From positions 32,001 to 96,000 of IMG/VR virus record IMGVR_UViG_3300021560_000013: 64,000 nucleotides of DNA, one strand, 5' to 3'. How positions within the stretch are numbered: position 1 is the first letter of the stretch; each line of letters begins with the position of its first letter. This DNA comes from a virus. The translations under genes were made by a program, and so were the position numbers. Under the pieces are notes generated by a model. It was given only the letters and a program-made list of their open reading frames with translations. It made no database searches and was not told the DNA's origin. This document shows, one piece after another, positions 9,436 to 19,198 of the stretch.

Positions 9436-12400
9436 TGTCGCCCGCGATCACCGGCACGCTTGTTCCGCCGGTCCTGCCGAGCGCTCCTTCCGCTCCGACG
9501 CAGGGCCAGATGTACTACGACTCGACCGCGAACATCCTGTACTTCTGGAACGGGACGCAGTGGGTCTCGACGCAGTCCACCACGGGCACGATCTACGACT
9601 CCGACCAGGTGGGCGTGGTCAAGTCGTGGAGCGGCCAAACCATCCCGACGAACTGGATGCTGGCCGATGGCCGCGCCCTGCTGCGGGCAAGCTACCCGGA
9701 CCTGTTCAACGCGCTCGTGATTACCGGCACCGGAACGGCCACGTCGGGGAACGCGACCGTGACGGGCGTGACCCCGAGTGTAATTACCGAGCTACAGCAG
9801 ATGGGAGCGGCCACGTCCGGGCTCGCGATCCCCGTGGACGGCACGTATGTTCCGGCTGGCGCGACGATCACCGCCTACCAGGTCTCGCCGCCGACGGTGA
9901 CGCTGAGTGCGAACGCGAACGGCTCCGGATCCACGACGTTCAACATCGCCCCCTGGGGGAACGGGGACGGGAGCACCACGTTCCGGATCCCGGACCTGCG
10001 CTCCCGGATGCTGATCGGCGCGAACTACCAGGGCGCTCCCGCGCTCGGCAGCGACGCGCAGATCACCGGGGGAGCCCAGGCGCTGGTCAGCCGCATCCTC
10101 GCGAGCACCGGCGGCGAGCAGTCACACCTGCTTGTGGCCGCTGAGGGTGCGCAGAACGGCAACGCCACGACCGTCGCCACGAACACCGGCTACGCCGACA
10201 CGAACCACTACCACATCTTCAACGTCAACTCGGGCAACCAGTCCGCGAACCACAACCACTACCTGTCGCTCAGCGGGAACAACGTGCCGGTCACCCAGTC
10301 CGGCGGTCAGGGCGCGGCGGTCCTGGGCGGCGGCTCCTACGTGAACGCCGAGACCCAGGGGCACGGGCACAACATCAACAGCAATACCGACTGGCAGTCC
10401 AATTCCTACAACAACTCGAACCACTACCACGCGCAGAACGCGCAGAGCATCAACGCGCGCAACGCCGACAACGCGCACAACAACCTCCCGCCCTGGTGCG
10501 CCATCGCCCTGATCATCAAGGTGGCCGGGACGCAGATCAACTCGGGCGGCGCGCTTCAGGGCGCGACCGGCGTGCGCGGCTCGAACTGGAGCATGTACGT
10601 CGGTGCGGGCACCCCGCCAGCGGGCACGTTCGCCTCGGAGCTTGACGGCGACTGGTGCTTCCGCCAGAGCGACGGCGAGGTGTTCAAGCGCGTCTCCGGA
10701 GCGTGGGTCGATCAGGGCTACGTGATGAAGCAGTCCGGCCTGCCGGTTGTCGCGAAGTCCCGGCGCGGCTCTGCGGTGAGCCTCGCCGTCGGGTGGAACA
10801 AGATCCCGATGGACACGCTCGTGTTCGCCAGCCCTGGAGCCAGCGGGGTGGTGGACACGGCGAACGGGCGCATGGTCATCCAGACGGCGGGCTACTACCA
10901 GGTCAGCGCTCAGCTGGGCGAGTTCCCCACCGGCGAGATCCTGATCGACATCGTCGTCAACGGCGGGCTTGACGTTGCCACGGGCTTTCGCGGCACTCGT
11001 ACGGGAGGCGGCTCACAGCAGAACGCCGTGGCATCGGGGGCGATGCAATTCGCCGTGAACGACACGATTGAGGTGTACCTGTACTGCGGTACTGCCCAGT
11101 CGCTGAGTTGCTTCAACGGCGGGGTGTCATGGCTGACGATCGCGTCGATCACGAGCGGGCCGGGACCGCAGGGCGCTCGGGGCTCGAACTGGTACACGTA
11201 CACGGGCGCGGGGACGCCTCCCGCCGGGACGTTCCTGAACGAGCTTGACCGGGACATGGCCGTCCGCACGTCCGACGGCGAGGTGTTCTGCCGCATCAGC
11301 GGAGCGTGGACCGATCAGGGCTGGGCGATGCAGATCGGCCAGGTGACGATGGACACCTGGCACCTGATCGGTGCGTCAGGTCAGCCCACGTTCGTGAGCG
11401 GCTGGACGAACTACGGCGGCGGCTACAACCCCGGCGGCTACCGGAAGTTCCCCGACGGCAAGGTCAAGTTGAAGGGCCTGATCAGCGCTTCGTCCGCCCA
11501 GTCCGCTGGCGCGGTGATATTCACGCTGCCAGCGGGCTATCGACCGCCAGCCCGCCAGCTGAAGGAGTGCGAGACGAGCGGGACGAATGGAGCCCGTATC
11601 GACATTCTCACCGACGGATCCGTCTCGCCGCAGGTGGCGCAGGGCGCGGGCGCTTGGGTCAGCCTCGATGACCTTGAGTTCGACACCGAGTCGGTCACGG
11701 TCATGTCCGCCGGGTCGCAAGGTCCGCGCGGCGCAGGCTGGTACTCCTACACCGGCTCGGGCACCCCGGCGTCCAACGCGATCCCGAACACGCAGAACGG
11801 CGACTTCTGCATCCGCGCGTCGGACGGCGAGGTGTTCCAGATGGTCAGCGGGGCGTGGGTTGATCAGGGCTACGCGATCAAGGGCTCGGGCGGCGGCGGT
11901 GGTGGTGGCGGCGCGGCTACGGCGGTGGCCTGCCGCATGTATCGCAATGCGGCATTGACGCTGGCGAGCGGGGCGACGTGGACGCGGATTCCGCTCGACA
12001 CGATCAGCTTCGACACGTCGAACATGGCGAGCGTCGCCAACGGGCGCATCCAGATCCCGCAGGGCGGCTACTACCAGGTGAACGCCGAGGTGCTGTTCAC
12101 CGTGAGCGGCACCGGCACATACACAAGCTGCGCGGTGGGGATCTACAAGAACGGCTCGCTCGTCATCGAGAACTACGCGATCCCCGCCATCCAGACGTAC
12201 GGCTCGGCTTCCGTCTCGGACATTCTCCAATGCAGCGCGGGCGACTACATCGAGCTATATGCGATCAACTCGCAGGGCACGGCCCTGTACACCAACACGG
12301 TCGTCAACGCCCTGTCGGTCTCGCAGGTCGCCTCGGCCAACCTGACGACCGCCCCGGTCACCCCGGCACGGGCGTACCGGGGTACCACGCTGACTCCTGC

Positions 12401-15400
12401 TGCTGGATGGAACAAGCTCACGGTTGACACGATCGGGACCGATCCGGGCGCGAACTTCACACTCGCAACTGGGCGCTACGTCTGTCCAGCCAGCGGCTGG
12501 TACCAGGTCAACGCACACGTCGAGTGGATCAACGCAACGTCGGGGCAGCTATACGGTGCTGGCGTCTACAAGAACGGCGCGAGCGTCGCCTTCAGTACGA
12601 CGCCGGGCACCGGCATCGAACTGGGCACTGGCACGAGTGACGTGATCCAGTGCAATGCGGGTGACTACCTCGAACTGTGGAGCTACAGCGGGAACGGCAC
12701 GATCGCCGTCGGCACGGCGGTAGCCAACACGTACCTGTCGGTCTCCCAGGTCGGGAACGTCTCTAGCGTCTCCGCGCCGACGAGCACGATGGCGGCGCGC
12801 GGGTACCGCAACGCCGCGCTCAGCCTCAGCACCGGGAGCAACAAGGTCCCGCTCGACACTGTCAGCTACGACACCAGCGGGCTGCTACAGACCGCCAATG
12901 GGCGGATCGTCTGTCCGGTCGCAGGGCTCTACCAGGTCAACGGGAGCGTCTACCCGAGCGTTGCGAACGCGACAATCGAGTGCCAGATCTGGAAGAACGG
13001 CGTGCAGGTGCTGTCAGGCAGCCAGGTGCAGGCGGTCGCAGCGGGCGGCTCGCTCGTCCAGGCGAACGACATCATCCAGTGCAACGCCGGTGACTACCTT
13101 GAGCTTTACGCGTACACGAGCGTCGCCGGGCCGCTGAGCGTCGGCACCCAGAACCTGAACTTCCTCTCGGTTGCGCTGATTTCCTCGCTGCCGGGGACGG
13201 CTGGGCCGGTCACGCCAGCGCGGGCGTACCGGAACGCGGCGTTCTCGGTTACCGCTTCAGGCATCACGAAGATCCCGCTGGACGCCGTCCAGTACGACCC
13301 CGGAGGGAACGTCAACACGGCGCAGGGGCGCTACAACGTACCGGCCACAGGCACGTACGCGATCAGTGCGCGCGTCATCATGCAGGCACCAGCCTCAAGC
13401 ACTGACATGACGGCTGAGCCGGTCATCCTCGTCAACGGCGCAACGCGGAGTTCTGGGGGCGGCGCGTCGCGCGTGGACAACAGCCAGTACGTGCGGATGA
13501 CCCACAGCGACATCCTCTCCCTGAACGCGGGGGACTACGTCGAACTGGGGGTGTACTCAAGCGCGGCGATCACCTACACCTGTTATGTCGGCCAGACGGG
13601 CGAGGCGAACTCGCTGTCGATCGCCCAGGTCGGGAACCTGTCGAGCGTCAGCGCTCCGACGAGCACGATGGCGGCGCGAGCTTATAGGAATGCCGCGCTC
13701 ACGCTGACCGCAGGTGCCACACAGAAGATCCCTCTCGACACCGCGAGCTTCGATACGTCGGGGATGGTCAGCACAGCCAATGGGCGGATCAACATCTCCC
13801 AGGCGGGCTACTACGATCTCCAAGCGTCAGCCGGAATATCTGGCGGCACTGCATCGGCAGATGGTCTATTCCAGGTGCAGATCTGGGTCAATGGGGCTGC
13901 TCGGGTCGAGGGCAATCGCAACACTCGGCTGGACCAGTTCGGTGCGGCGCTGAGTATGGCCTCCGACACGATGTCGTTGAACGCGGGGGATTATGTCGAG
14001 CTTTACTGCTATGCCACCAGCGCGTGGGCTGTGCAGGTAGGCGCGGTCCGCAACTACCTCTCACTCTCGCTGGTCTCCTCGCTCCCTGGGGCGGTCGGGC
14101 CGACGACCCCGGCGCGGATGCACAAGGCCGGGTTCACTTCCCCGGCAGCCAGCGCGCAGGTCATGCCGTTTGACGTTCTCGATTACGACCCCGGCGGGAA
14201 CATCAACCTCGCCACCTACCGGTACACCTGCCCGGCGACCGGCTACTACCAAGTGGACTGGACTCTCAACTCGGGGGTTGGGCCTGCGGGCACGAACATC
14301 ACCATGTACGCGTCGATCTACAAGAACGGCGCAGGCTACGGCACGATCAGCCGCGCCACCGAGACCAGCACTGACGGCTGGGCCTCTGTCGGCGGCTCGG
14401 ACCTGATCCCGTGCAACGCCGGGGACTACCTTCAGCTTTACTACTACACCTCGGGCGCGTGGAATAACACGAGCGCGCAGTTCGCCGTCGCCCAGGTCGG
14501 CAATCAGATGGCGATCCCCGCGAGCACCGTGTGCGCACGCGGGTATCGCAACGCTGCGTTCAGCCTCAGCGGCCCCGGCTGGACGAAGGTGCCGATCGAC
14601 ACCGCCGCCTTCGACACGAGCGGCGCGGTGCAGGCCGCGAATGGTCGGCTGGTCGCTCCCGTCGCGGGCTACTACCAGGTCCAGGCGGACGTGGCGCTGA
14701 ACGCCACGTCCTCCTTGACCTTCAGCCTGCTGATCTCGCTCTACAAGAACGGTGCCGAGGTGTCACGCGGCACCGAGTCGAATATCTCCATGAACGCGAC
14801 CAACGGGCGCGGGCAGAACGTCACCGACATCGTCTACTGCAACGCCGGTGACTACTTGGAGATGTACGTCTACAACAGCTACGGCTCACTTGCGCTGAGC
14901 GTCGGTAGCCCCTTGTACAACTACCTGTCGATGGCGCTGCTCACGCCGCTGTCGGGCACGGCGGGGCCGACGAGTGCCGCGAGGGCGTACCGCAACGCTG
15001 CGTACACGCTGCCAGCGAATGGCTGGCAGAAGATCCCGATCGACACGAAAGACTTCGATCCGGGCAACAACATCAGCACGTCAGCGAATCGCTACACGGC
15101 TCCCGCCACCGGCTACTACCAGGTGAACGGGGAGGTGGCGCTCGGTCCGACGACCGGGAACATCAGCGTGATGGTCCACTCGGCCATTTACGTCAACGGC
15201 ACCTACGTGCGCAGCGGCACGGTCGTATCCAACTCCGACAACAACGGCTACATGCGCGCGGGCGTGGCCGACATCCTCTCGCTGAACGCCGGGGACTACG
15301 TCGAGCTTTGGTGCTACTCGCTGACCGCGTACGCGCTGCTTGTCGGCCCGAGCTACAACTACCTCAGCGTCACGCAGGTCGGCAACTCGATGCAGTTCAA

Positions 15401-15869
15401 GTCGGCGGGCGGCGACCTGACCGGCAACTACCCGACCCCCCAGCTAGCCCCGCCGCGCGGACGAACCCAGATCGGCGGCATGAGCGGGCTGGCGAACACG
15501 ACATCACTGGCGATGACCTTTGTCGGCACCCCAACCACCGGGAACGGGATGACGGTGAGCGGCAACGGCTTCAAGGTGCCGACAAAGGGCTACTACCGGG
15601 TGCAGGCGGTCGAGACGATCGCGTCGCTCACGCCTGCTGCCACTAGTTACATCCAACTCGGTTTCACGGTCAACGGAGCGAATGTGCCGAACCCAGGAAC
15701 GTTCACCACCGGTCTCACTGCCGCCGCCACGGGCTACCCATCAGTCACGGCATTCGAGCAGCTTTCCCTGAACGCGGGCGACGTGGTCGGCGTGACCTTC
15801 TACAACGGCTCGGGTGCCGCGACGAGCGGGAACGCGGGCATCTTCACGATTGAGTACATCGGACAGTGA
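9435..15869 (+). CDS. Large tail fibre/receptor-binding protein: tail-collar domain plus about 10 C1q/TNF-like domains
   Basis: IPTNWMLADG...GDGSTTFRIPDLR collar motif; repeated ARxYRN...GYYQV...NAGDYxEL units. Confidence 0.85.
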   Translation: MSPAITGTLVPPVLPSAPSAPTQGQMYYDSTANILYFWNGTQWVSTQSTTGTIYDSDQVGVVKSWSGQTIPTNWMLADGRALLRASYPDLFNALVITGTGTATSGNATVTGVTPSVITELQQMGAATSGLAIPVDGTYVPAGATITAYQVSPPTVTLSANANGSGSTTFNIAPWGNGDGSTTFRIPDLRSRMLIGANYQGAPALGSDAQITGGAQALVSRILASTGGEQSHLLVAAEGAQNGNATTVATNTGYADTNHYHIFNVNSGNQSANHNHYLSLSGNNVPVTQSGGQGAAVLGGGSYVNAETQGHGHNINSNTDWQSNSYNNSNHYHAQNAQSINARNADNAHNNLPPWCAIALIIKVAGTQINSGGALQGATGVRGSNWSMYVGAGTPPAGTFASELDGDWCFRQSDGEVFKRVSGAWVDQGYVMKQSGLPVVAKSRRGSAVSLAVGWNKIPMDTLVFASPGASGVVDTANGRMVIQTAGYYQVSAQLGEFPTGEILIDIVVNGGLDVATGFRGTRTGGGSQQNAVASGAMQFAVNDTIEVYLYCGTAQSLSCFNGGVSWLTIASITSGPGPQGARGSNWYTYTGAGTPPAGTFLNELDRDMAVRTSDGEVFCRISGAWTDQGWAMQIGQVTMDTWHLIGASGQPTFVSGWTNYGGGYNPGGYRKFPDGKVKLKGLISASSAQSAGAVIFTLPAGYRPPARQLKECETSGTNGARIDILTDGSVSPQVAQGAGAWVSLDDLEFDTESVTVMSAGSQGPRGAGWYSYTGSGTPASNAIPNTQNGDFCIRASDGEVFQMVSGAWVDQGYAIKGSGGGGGGGGAATAVACRMYRNAALTLASGATWTRIPLDTISFDTSNMASVANGRIQIPQGGYYQVNAEVLFTVSGTGTYTSCAVGIYKNGSLVIENYAIPAIQTYGSASVSDILQCSAGDYIELYAINSQGTALYTNTVVNALSVSQVASANLTTAPVTPARAYRGTTLTPAAGWNKLTVDTIGTDPGANFTLATGRYVCPASGWYQVNAHVEWINATSGQLYGAGVYKNGASVAFSTTPGTGIELGTGTSDVIQCNAGDYLELWSYSGNGTIAVGTAVANTYLSVSQVGNVSSVSAPTSTMAARGYRNAALSLSTGSNKVPLDTVSYDTSGLLQTANGRIVCPVAGLYQVNGSVYPSVANATIECQIWKNGVQVLSGSQVQAVAAGGSLVQANDIIQCNAGDYLELYAYTSVAGPLSVGTQNLNFLSVALISSLPGTAGPVTPARAYRNAAFSVTASGITKIPLDAVQYDPGGNVNTAQGRYNVPATGTYAISARVIMQAPASSTDMTAEPVILVNGATRSSGGGASRVDNSQYVRMTHSDILSLNAGDYVELGVYSSAAITYTCYVGQTGEANSLSIAQVGNLSSVSAPTSTMAARAYRNAALTLTAGATQKIPLDTASFDTSGMVSTANGRINISQAGYYDLQASAGISGGTASADGLFQVQIWVNGAARVEGNRNTRLDQFGAALSMASDTMSLNAGDYVELYCYATSAWAVQVGAVRNYLSLSLVSSLPGAVGPTTPARMHKAGFTSPAASAQVMPFDVLDYDPGGNINLATYRYTCPATGYYQVDWTLNSGVGPAGTNITMYASIYKNGAGYGTISRATETSTDGWASVGGSDLIPCNAGDYLQLYYYTSGAWNNTSAQFAVAQVGNQMAIPASTVCARGYRNAAFSLSGPGWTKVPIDTAAFDTSGAVQAANGRLVAPVAGYYQVQADVALNATSSLTFSLLISLYKNGAEVSRGTESNISMNATNGRGQNVTDIVYCNAGDYLEMYVYNSYGSLALSVGSPLYNYLSMALLTPLSGTAGPTSAARAYRNAAYTLPANGWQKIPIDTKDFDPGNNISTSANRYTAPATGYYQVNGEVALGPTTGNISVMVHSAIYVNGTYVRSGTVVSNSDNNGYMRAGVADILSLNAGDYVELWCYSLTAYALLVGPSYNYLSVTQVGNSMQFKSAGGDLTGNYPTPQLAPPRGRTQIGGMSGLANTTSLAMTFVGTPTTGNGMTVSGNGFKVPTKGYYRVQAVETIASLTPAATSYIQLGFTVNGANVPNPGTFTTGLTAAATGYPSVTAFEQLSLNAGDVVGVTFYNGSGAATSGNAGIFTIEYIGQ
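11930..15390 (+). repeat. Eight tandem ~140-aa C1q-like domains in alternating A/B order
   Basis: Alternating DTS-type and DPG-type units with recurring linkers GNxSSVSAPTSTMAAR and SSLPGxxGPxTPAR; boundaries approximate. Confidence 0.8.
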
Positions 15870-16246
15870 TGCCGACTTACGCGATGGTCACGAAGCACGC
15901 GCCGCGACAGGTGGTCAGCCTGTTCGACAGCCCCCTCGCCGCCGACGACCCGTTCCTCGTCCCCTACGGCCTGGACCAGTGGCCGATCGACGTGACCAGC
16001 CTGAGCCCCCAGCCGCAGCCCGGCTGGTCCTACGACGGCGTGGCGTTCACTGAGCCGGGGCCGATGCGCAACCGGCGGCAGATCATGGCGAAGATGACCC
16101 AGATGCTTCAGCGCAACCAGGACTTCCTGGCGATCCAGACGCCGACGAACGCCCAGGTCGTCCAGGCGGTGCAGGCGCTGACGAGAGAGGTCACGATGCT
16201 GATCCGGATCGTGGCCGACCAGCTGGACACAACGGACGGAACATAG
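15869..16246 (+). CDS. Putative tail fibre assembly protein
   Basis: Follows the fibre gene; PQPGWSYDGVAF motif typical of fibre chaperones. Confidence 0.55.
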   Translation: MPTYAMVTKHAPRQVVSLFDSPLAADDPFLVPYGLDQWPIDVTSLSPQPQPGWSYDGVAFTEPGPMRNRRQIMAKMTQMLQRNQDFLAIQTPTNAQVVQAVQALTREVTMLIRIVADQLDTTDGT

Positions 16247-16254
16247 GAGGAGAG

Positions 16255-16557
16255 ATGGAGTTTCAGGCAACGTTCTCGTTCGAGGCCGACAGCCCGGAGG
16301 ACGCGCACGAGCAGATCAGCCAGTGGGTGGTTACGCCCGGCTCAATCCTGATGCACGTCACGCACAACCCGCCACGGGTGGTCCACCAGCCGTTCGTGGT
16401 CGAGTCCGGCGTGGTGGCCGAGCACATCCCCGCGTTCGAGGACTCCTCCGCGCCGCCGCTGCCGATCATGCCGCCCCCGCCCGAGGAGGTCTCGCCCTTC
16501 GCCGCACCGGCGGGCCATCCGATGCCTCCCGCCCCTCACACCCATAACGGAGGGTAG
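16255..16557 (+). CDS. Hypothetical protein, Pro-rich C-terminus
   Basis: Strong AGGAGG RBS; fills the gap. Confidence 0.6.
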   Translation: MEFQATFSFEADSPEDAHEQISQWVVTPGSILMHVTHNPPRVVHQPFVVESGVVAEHIPAFEDSSAPPLPIMPPPPEEVSPFAAPAGHPMPPAPHTHNGG

Positions 16558-16559
16558 GC

Positions 16560-17087
16560 GTGAGCACAACCGAGCCCAACGCGCTCGACTACGACCTGAT
16601 CCCGCCCGATCCGGGGCTGATCAACCCGGATCTCGCGCTCGACGCTGCGCTCGCGCCGGTCGAGACGGTGGACCCGGACGCGCCGATCCCGTTCGGGCGC
16701 AGCTGGCGGTTCGACTTCGAGGCCGGGCAGTTCGTCAAGGATGGGACCGCCCCGCAGGAGACCTACGAGCTTGACTCGCTGATTGTGTGGGTCGAGAAGA
16801 CCTGCCGGACCGCCCGGTACGCGCACCCGATCTACTCGGACGCCTACGGCGTGGACGGCGGGGAGATCATCGGCATGCAGGTGGACGACGAACTGCTTGC
16901 CGCCTACCAGGACGCGATCACCGAGGCTCTGCTCGTCCACGACCGGATCACCGCTGTGCAGGACTTCGGGTTCGACATGGATCCGTTTGACGAGGCGCTC
17001 TACGCCAGCTTTACGGTGATCCTGGACACCGCCCCGCCGTTCGAGGCCCAGCCCCTGGAGTTCTCCAACATGCCCGTCGCGACATGA
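16560..17087 (+). CDS. Baseplate wedge protein (XkdS/DUF2634-like)
   Basis: SWRFDFEAGQF...RYAHPIYSDAYG...ITEALLVHDRITAV motif; upstream of baseplate J. Confidence 0.75.
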   Translation: MSTTEPNALDYDLIPPDPGLINPDLALDAALAPVETVDPDAPIPFGRSWRFDFEAGQFVKDGTAPQETYELDSLIVWVEKTCRTARYAHPIYSDAYGVDGGEIIGMQVDDELLAAYQDAITEALLVHDRITAVQDFGFDMDPFDEALYASFTVILDTAPPFEAQPLEFSNMPVAT

Positions 17088-19198
17088 CCGACGTAGTCGA
17101 TCTCACCGAAGTCTTCTCCGAGACGCTCGCCCGCGTCCGAGCCCGCATGGACGCCGACGCGAACGCCGGGCTGACCCAGGACGACCCGGCGTGGATCGAC
17201 CTGCGTGAGGGCACGTTCTACTGGGACATGACCCAGCCTGCGGCGATGGAGTGCGCTCGGCTGTGGGACGCCATGACCGAGACCGTCGCCGCCGCGTTCC
17301 CGTCCACGGCGTGGGGCGACTACCTGGACGAGCACGGCACCACGTTCAGCCTCACGCGCACCCCGGCAGCACCGGCGACGGGCTACCTGTTGTTCATCGC
17401 GAGCGCGGCGACGCTGATCGCAGCGGGCGTCCAGGCGTCCACGTCGGCGTCATCCACGGGGGACGTGACGACGTTCGCCACGACCGCGTCCGGCACGACG
17501 AGCGCGCCGCTGGCGATCCCGTCGAGCGTGGCGGTGGGTGTTGCGCAGTCCGGCGGCTACCTGACCGCCGGAACGCGCTACTACCACGTCACGGCGGTCA
17601 ACCAGTACGGCGAGACGACGGGCTCGGCGGACCAGTCGGGTGTCACGACGAGCGCGGTGGGCGTGAACACGCTGACCTGGGCGGCGGTGCCGGGCGACTT
17701 CTCGAACCTTGTCGTCAACCCGAACTTCGAGTACGACACGACGGGCGCGGCACCGGCGGCATGGATCTCAGGCACCGGCGCGGGCGGTGCCGTCACGGTG
17801 TTCCAATGCCAGGGCGGCTGGGCGTCCGTCGGCACGAAGTCGGCGCGGCTGACCGGCACCGTGCCGCAGGCCGGTGGGCAGATCTCGGCCCAGTGTCCGG
17901 CTTCGGCCACGTCGCTCGCCGTCCAGCCCGGCGTGCCCTACACGCTGAGCATCGCCGCGAACGCCTTGACGCTCCCGTCGGGCGTGAACGCATACCCGCA
18001 GATCAACTGGTACACGTCGGCAGGCGTCTTCATCTCGGCCAACACGGGTACCGGCGCGAGCGGTCGCCTCACAGCGGCGGGGATCGGGCGCGTGACCGTC
18101 ACGGGCACCTCTCCGAGCAACGCCGCCTACGCCATCCCGCTCTTCGTGATCAACAACAGCAACGCGTCCGGCGGCACGCTCACGGTTGACGCCTACTTCG
18201 ACGCCGTCCTGTTCGCGCAGACCGGCGCGTTCACCGCCTACACCGACGGGGACCAGCCGAGCATGGCCTGGGCAGGCACGCCGGGCAACAGCGTCTCGAA
18301 CCCGACCGTCGGCCCGATCACCTACAACGTCTACACCACGCAGACGGCGAACTCGATGGGCGCGCTCCTCGCGAGCGTCACGACCACGAACTACACCGAC
18401 AACGGCACGGTCACGCCCAACGCGTCGCTCCAGGAGCCGCAGATCAACACCACCTCCGGGGTGCTGCTCGCCGCGCAGGCGGTCACGCCCGGCAGCGCCG
18501 GGAACGTCGGCGCTGGCGCGGTCGCCTCGCTCGATACGGTGATCCCCGCCGTGATGTCAGTCACGAACCCGAGCCCGATGCAGGGCGGCTCGGAGGAGGA
18601 GGCCGACGACGACTTCCGCGATCGCATCCTCGGGGAGTACGTCGGCACTTCGGGCGGCGGCAACAGCGTGGACTACAAGCGCTGGGCCGCGTCGCAGGGC
18701 ATCGAGCGCACCACGGTTGCGCCGGTCTGGAACGGGGCGGGCACGGTCCTGGTGATCGCGATGAACAACGACGGCTCGCCGGTCTCCAGCCAGACCGTGA
18801 CGAACCTTCAGGCGTTCCTCGACCCGTTCGCCGGTCAGGGCGCGGGCCAGGCTCCGATCGGCGCGACGGTCACGGTCACCACCTCGACGGTCCGGACGAT
18901 CACGATCAGCGCCGGGGTGAAGGGCGAGACCGGCTACACGCTCGACGGCACGGCGGGCACGATCGCGACACGGGCGGCGATCATGTCCGCGCTGACCGCC
19001 TACCTGACCAGCCTGCAGCCGGGCGACACGCTCGTCTACACGCACGCGCTCGCGACGTTCTTCGTCACCGGCGTCCACCAGGTCATCAACCTCCAGATCA
19101 ACGGCGGGTCGAGCGACATCACGCTCGGTGGACTGACGCCCCCGACGCCGACGCCCCAGATCGCGAGCCTCGGTGCGGTGACGCTGACCGACGCCTGA
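17084..19198 (+). CDS. Baseplate J-like protein with an inserted carbohydrate-binding-like domain
   Basis: DLREGTFYWD, TAWGDYLD, GGSEEEADDDFRDR, GGNSVDYKRWA, PVWNGAGTV motifs; insert starting NLVVNPNFE. Confidence 0.85.
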   Translation: MTDVVDLTEVFSETLARVRARMDADANAGLTQDDPAWIDLREGTFYWDMTQPAAMECARLWDAMTETVAAAFPSTAWGDYLDEHGTTFSLTRTPAAPATGYLLFIASAATLIAAGVQASTSASSTGDVTTFATTASGTTSAPLAIPSSVAVGVAQSGGYLTAGTRYYHVTAVNQYGETTGSADQSGVTTSAVGVNTLTWAAVPGDFSNLVVNPNFEYDTTGAAPAAWISGTGAGGAVTVFQCQGGWASVGTKSARLTGTVPQAGGQISAQCPASATSLAVQPGVPYTLSIAANALTLPSGVNAYPQINWYTSAGVFISANTGTGASGRLTAAGIGRVTVTGTSPSNAAYAIPLFVINNSNASGGTLTVDAYFDAVLFAQTGAFTAYTDGDQPSMAWAGTPGNSVSNPTVGPITYNVYTTQTANSMGALLASVTTTNYTDNGTVTPNASLQEPQINTTSGVLLAAQAVTPGSAGNVGAGAVASLDTVIPAVMSVTNPSPMQGGSEEEADDDFRDRILGEYVGTSGGGNSVDYKRWAASQGIERTTVAPVWNGAGTVLVIAMNNDGSPVSSQTVTNLQAFLDPFAGQGAGQAPIGATVTVTTSTVRTITISAGVKGETGYTLDGTAGTIATRAAIMSALTAYLTSLQPGDTLVYTHALATFFVTGVHQVINLQINGGSSDITLGGLTPPTPTPQIASLGAVTLTDA

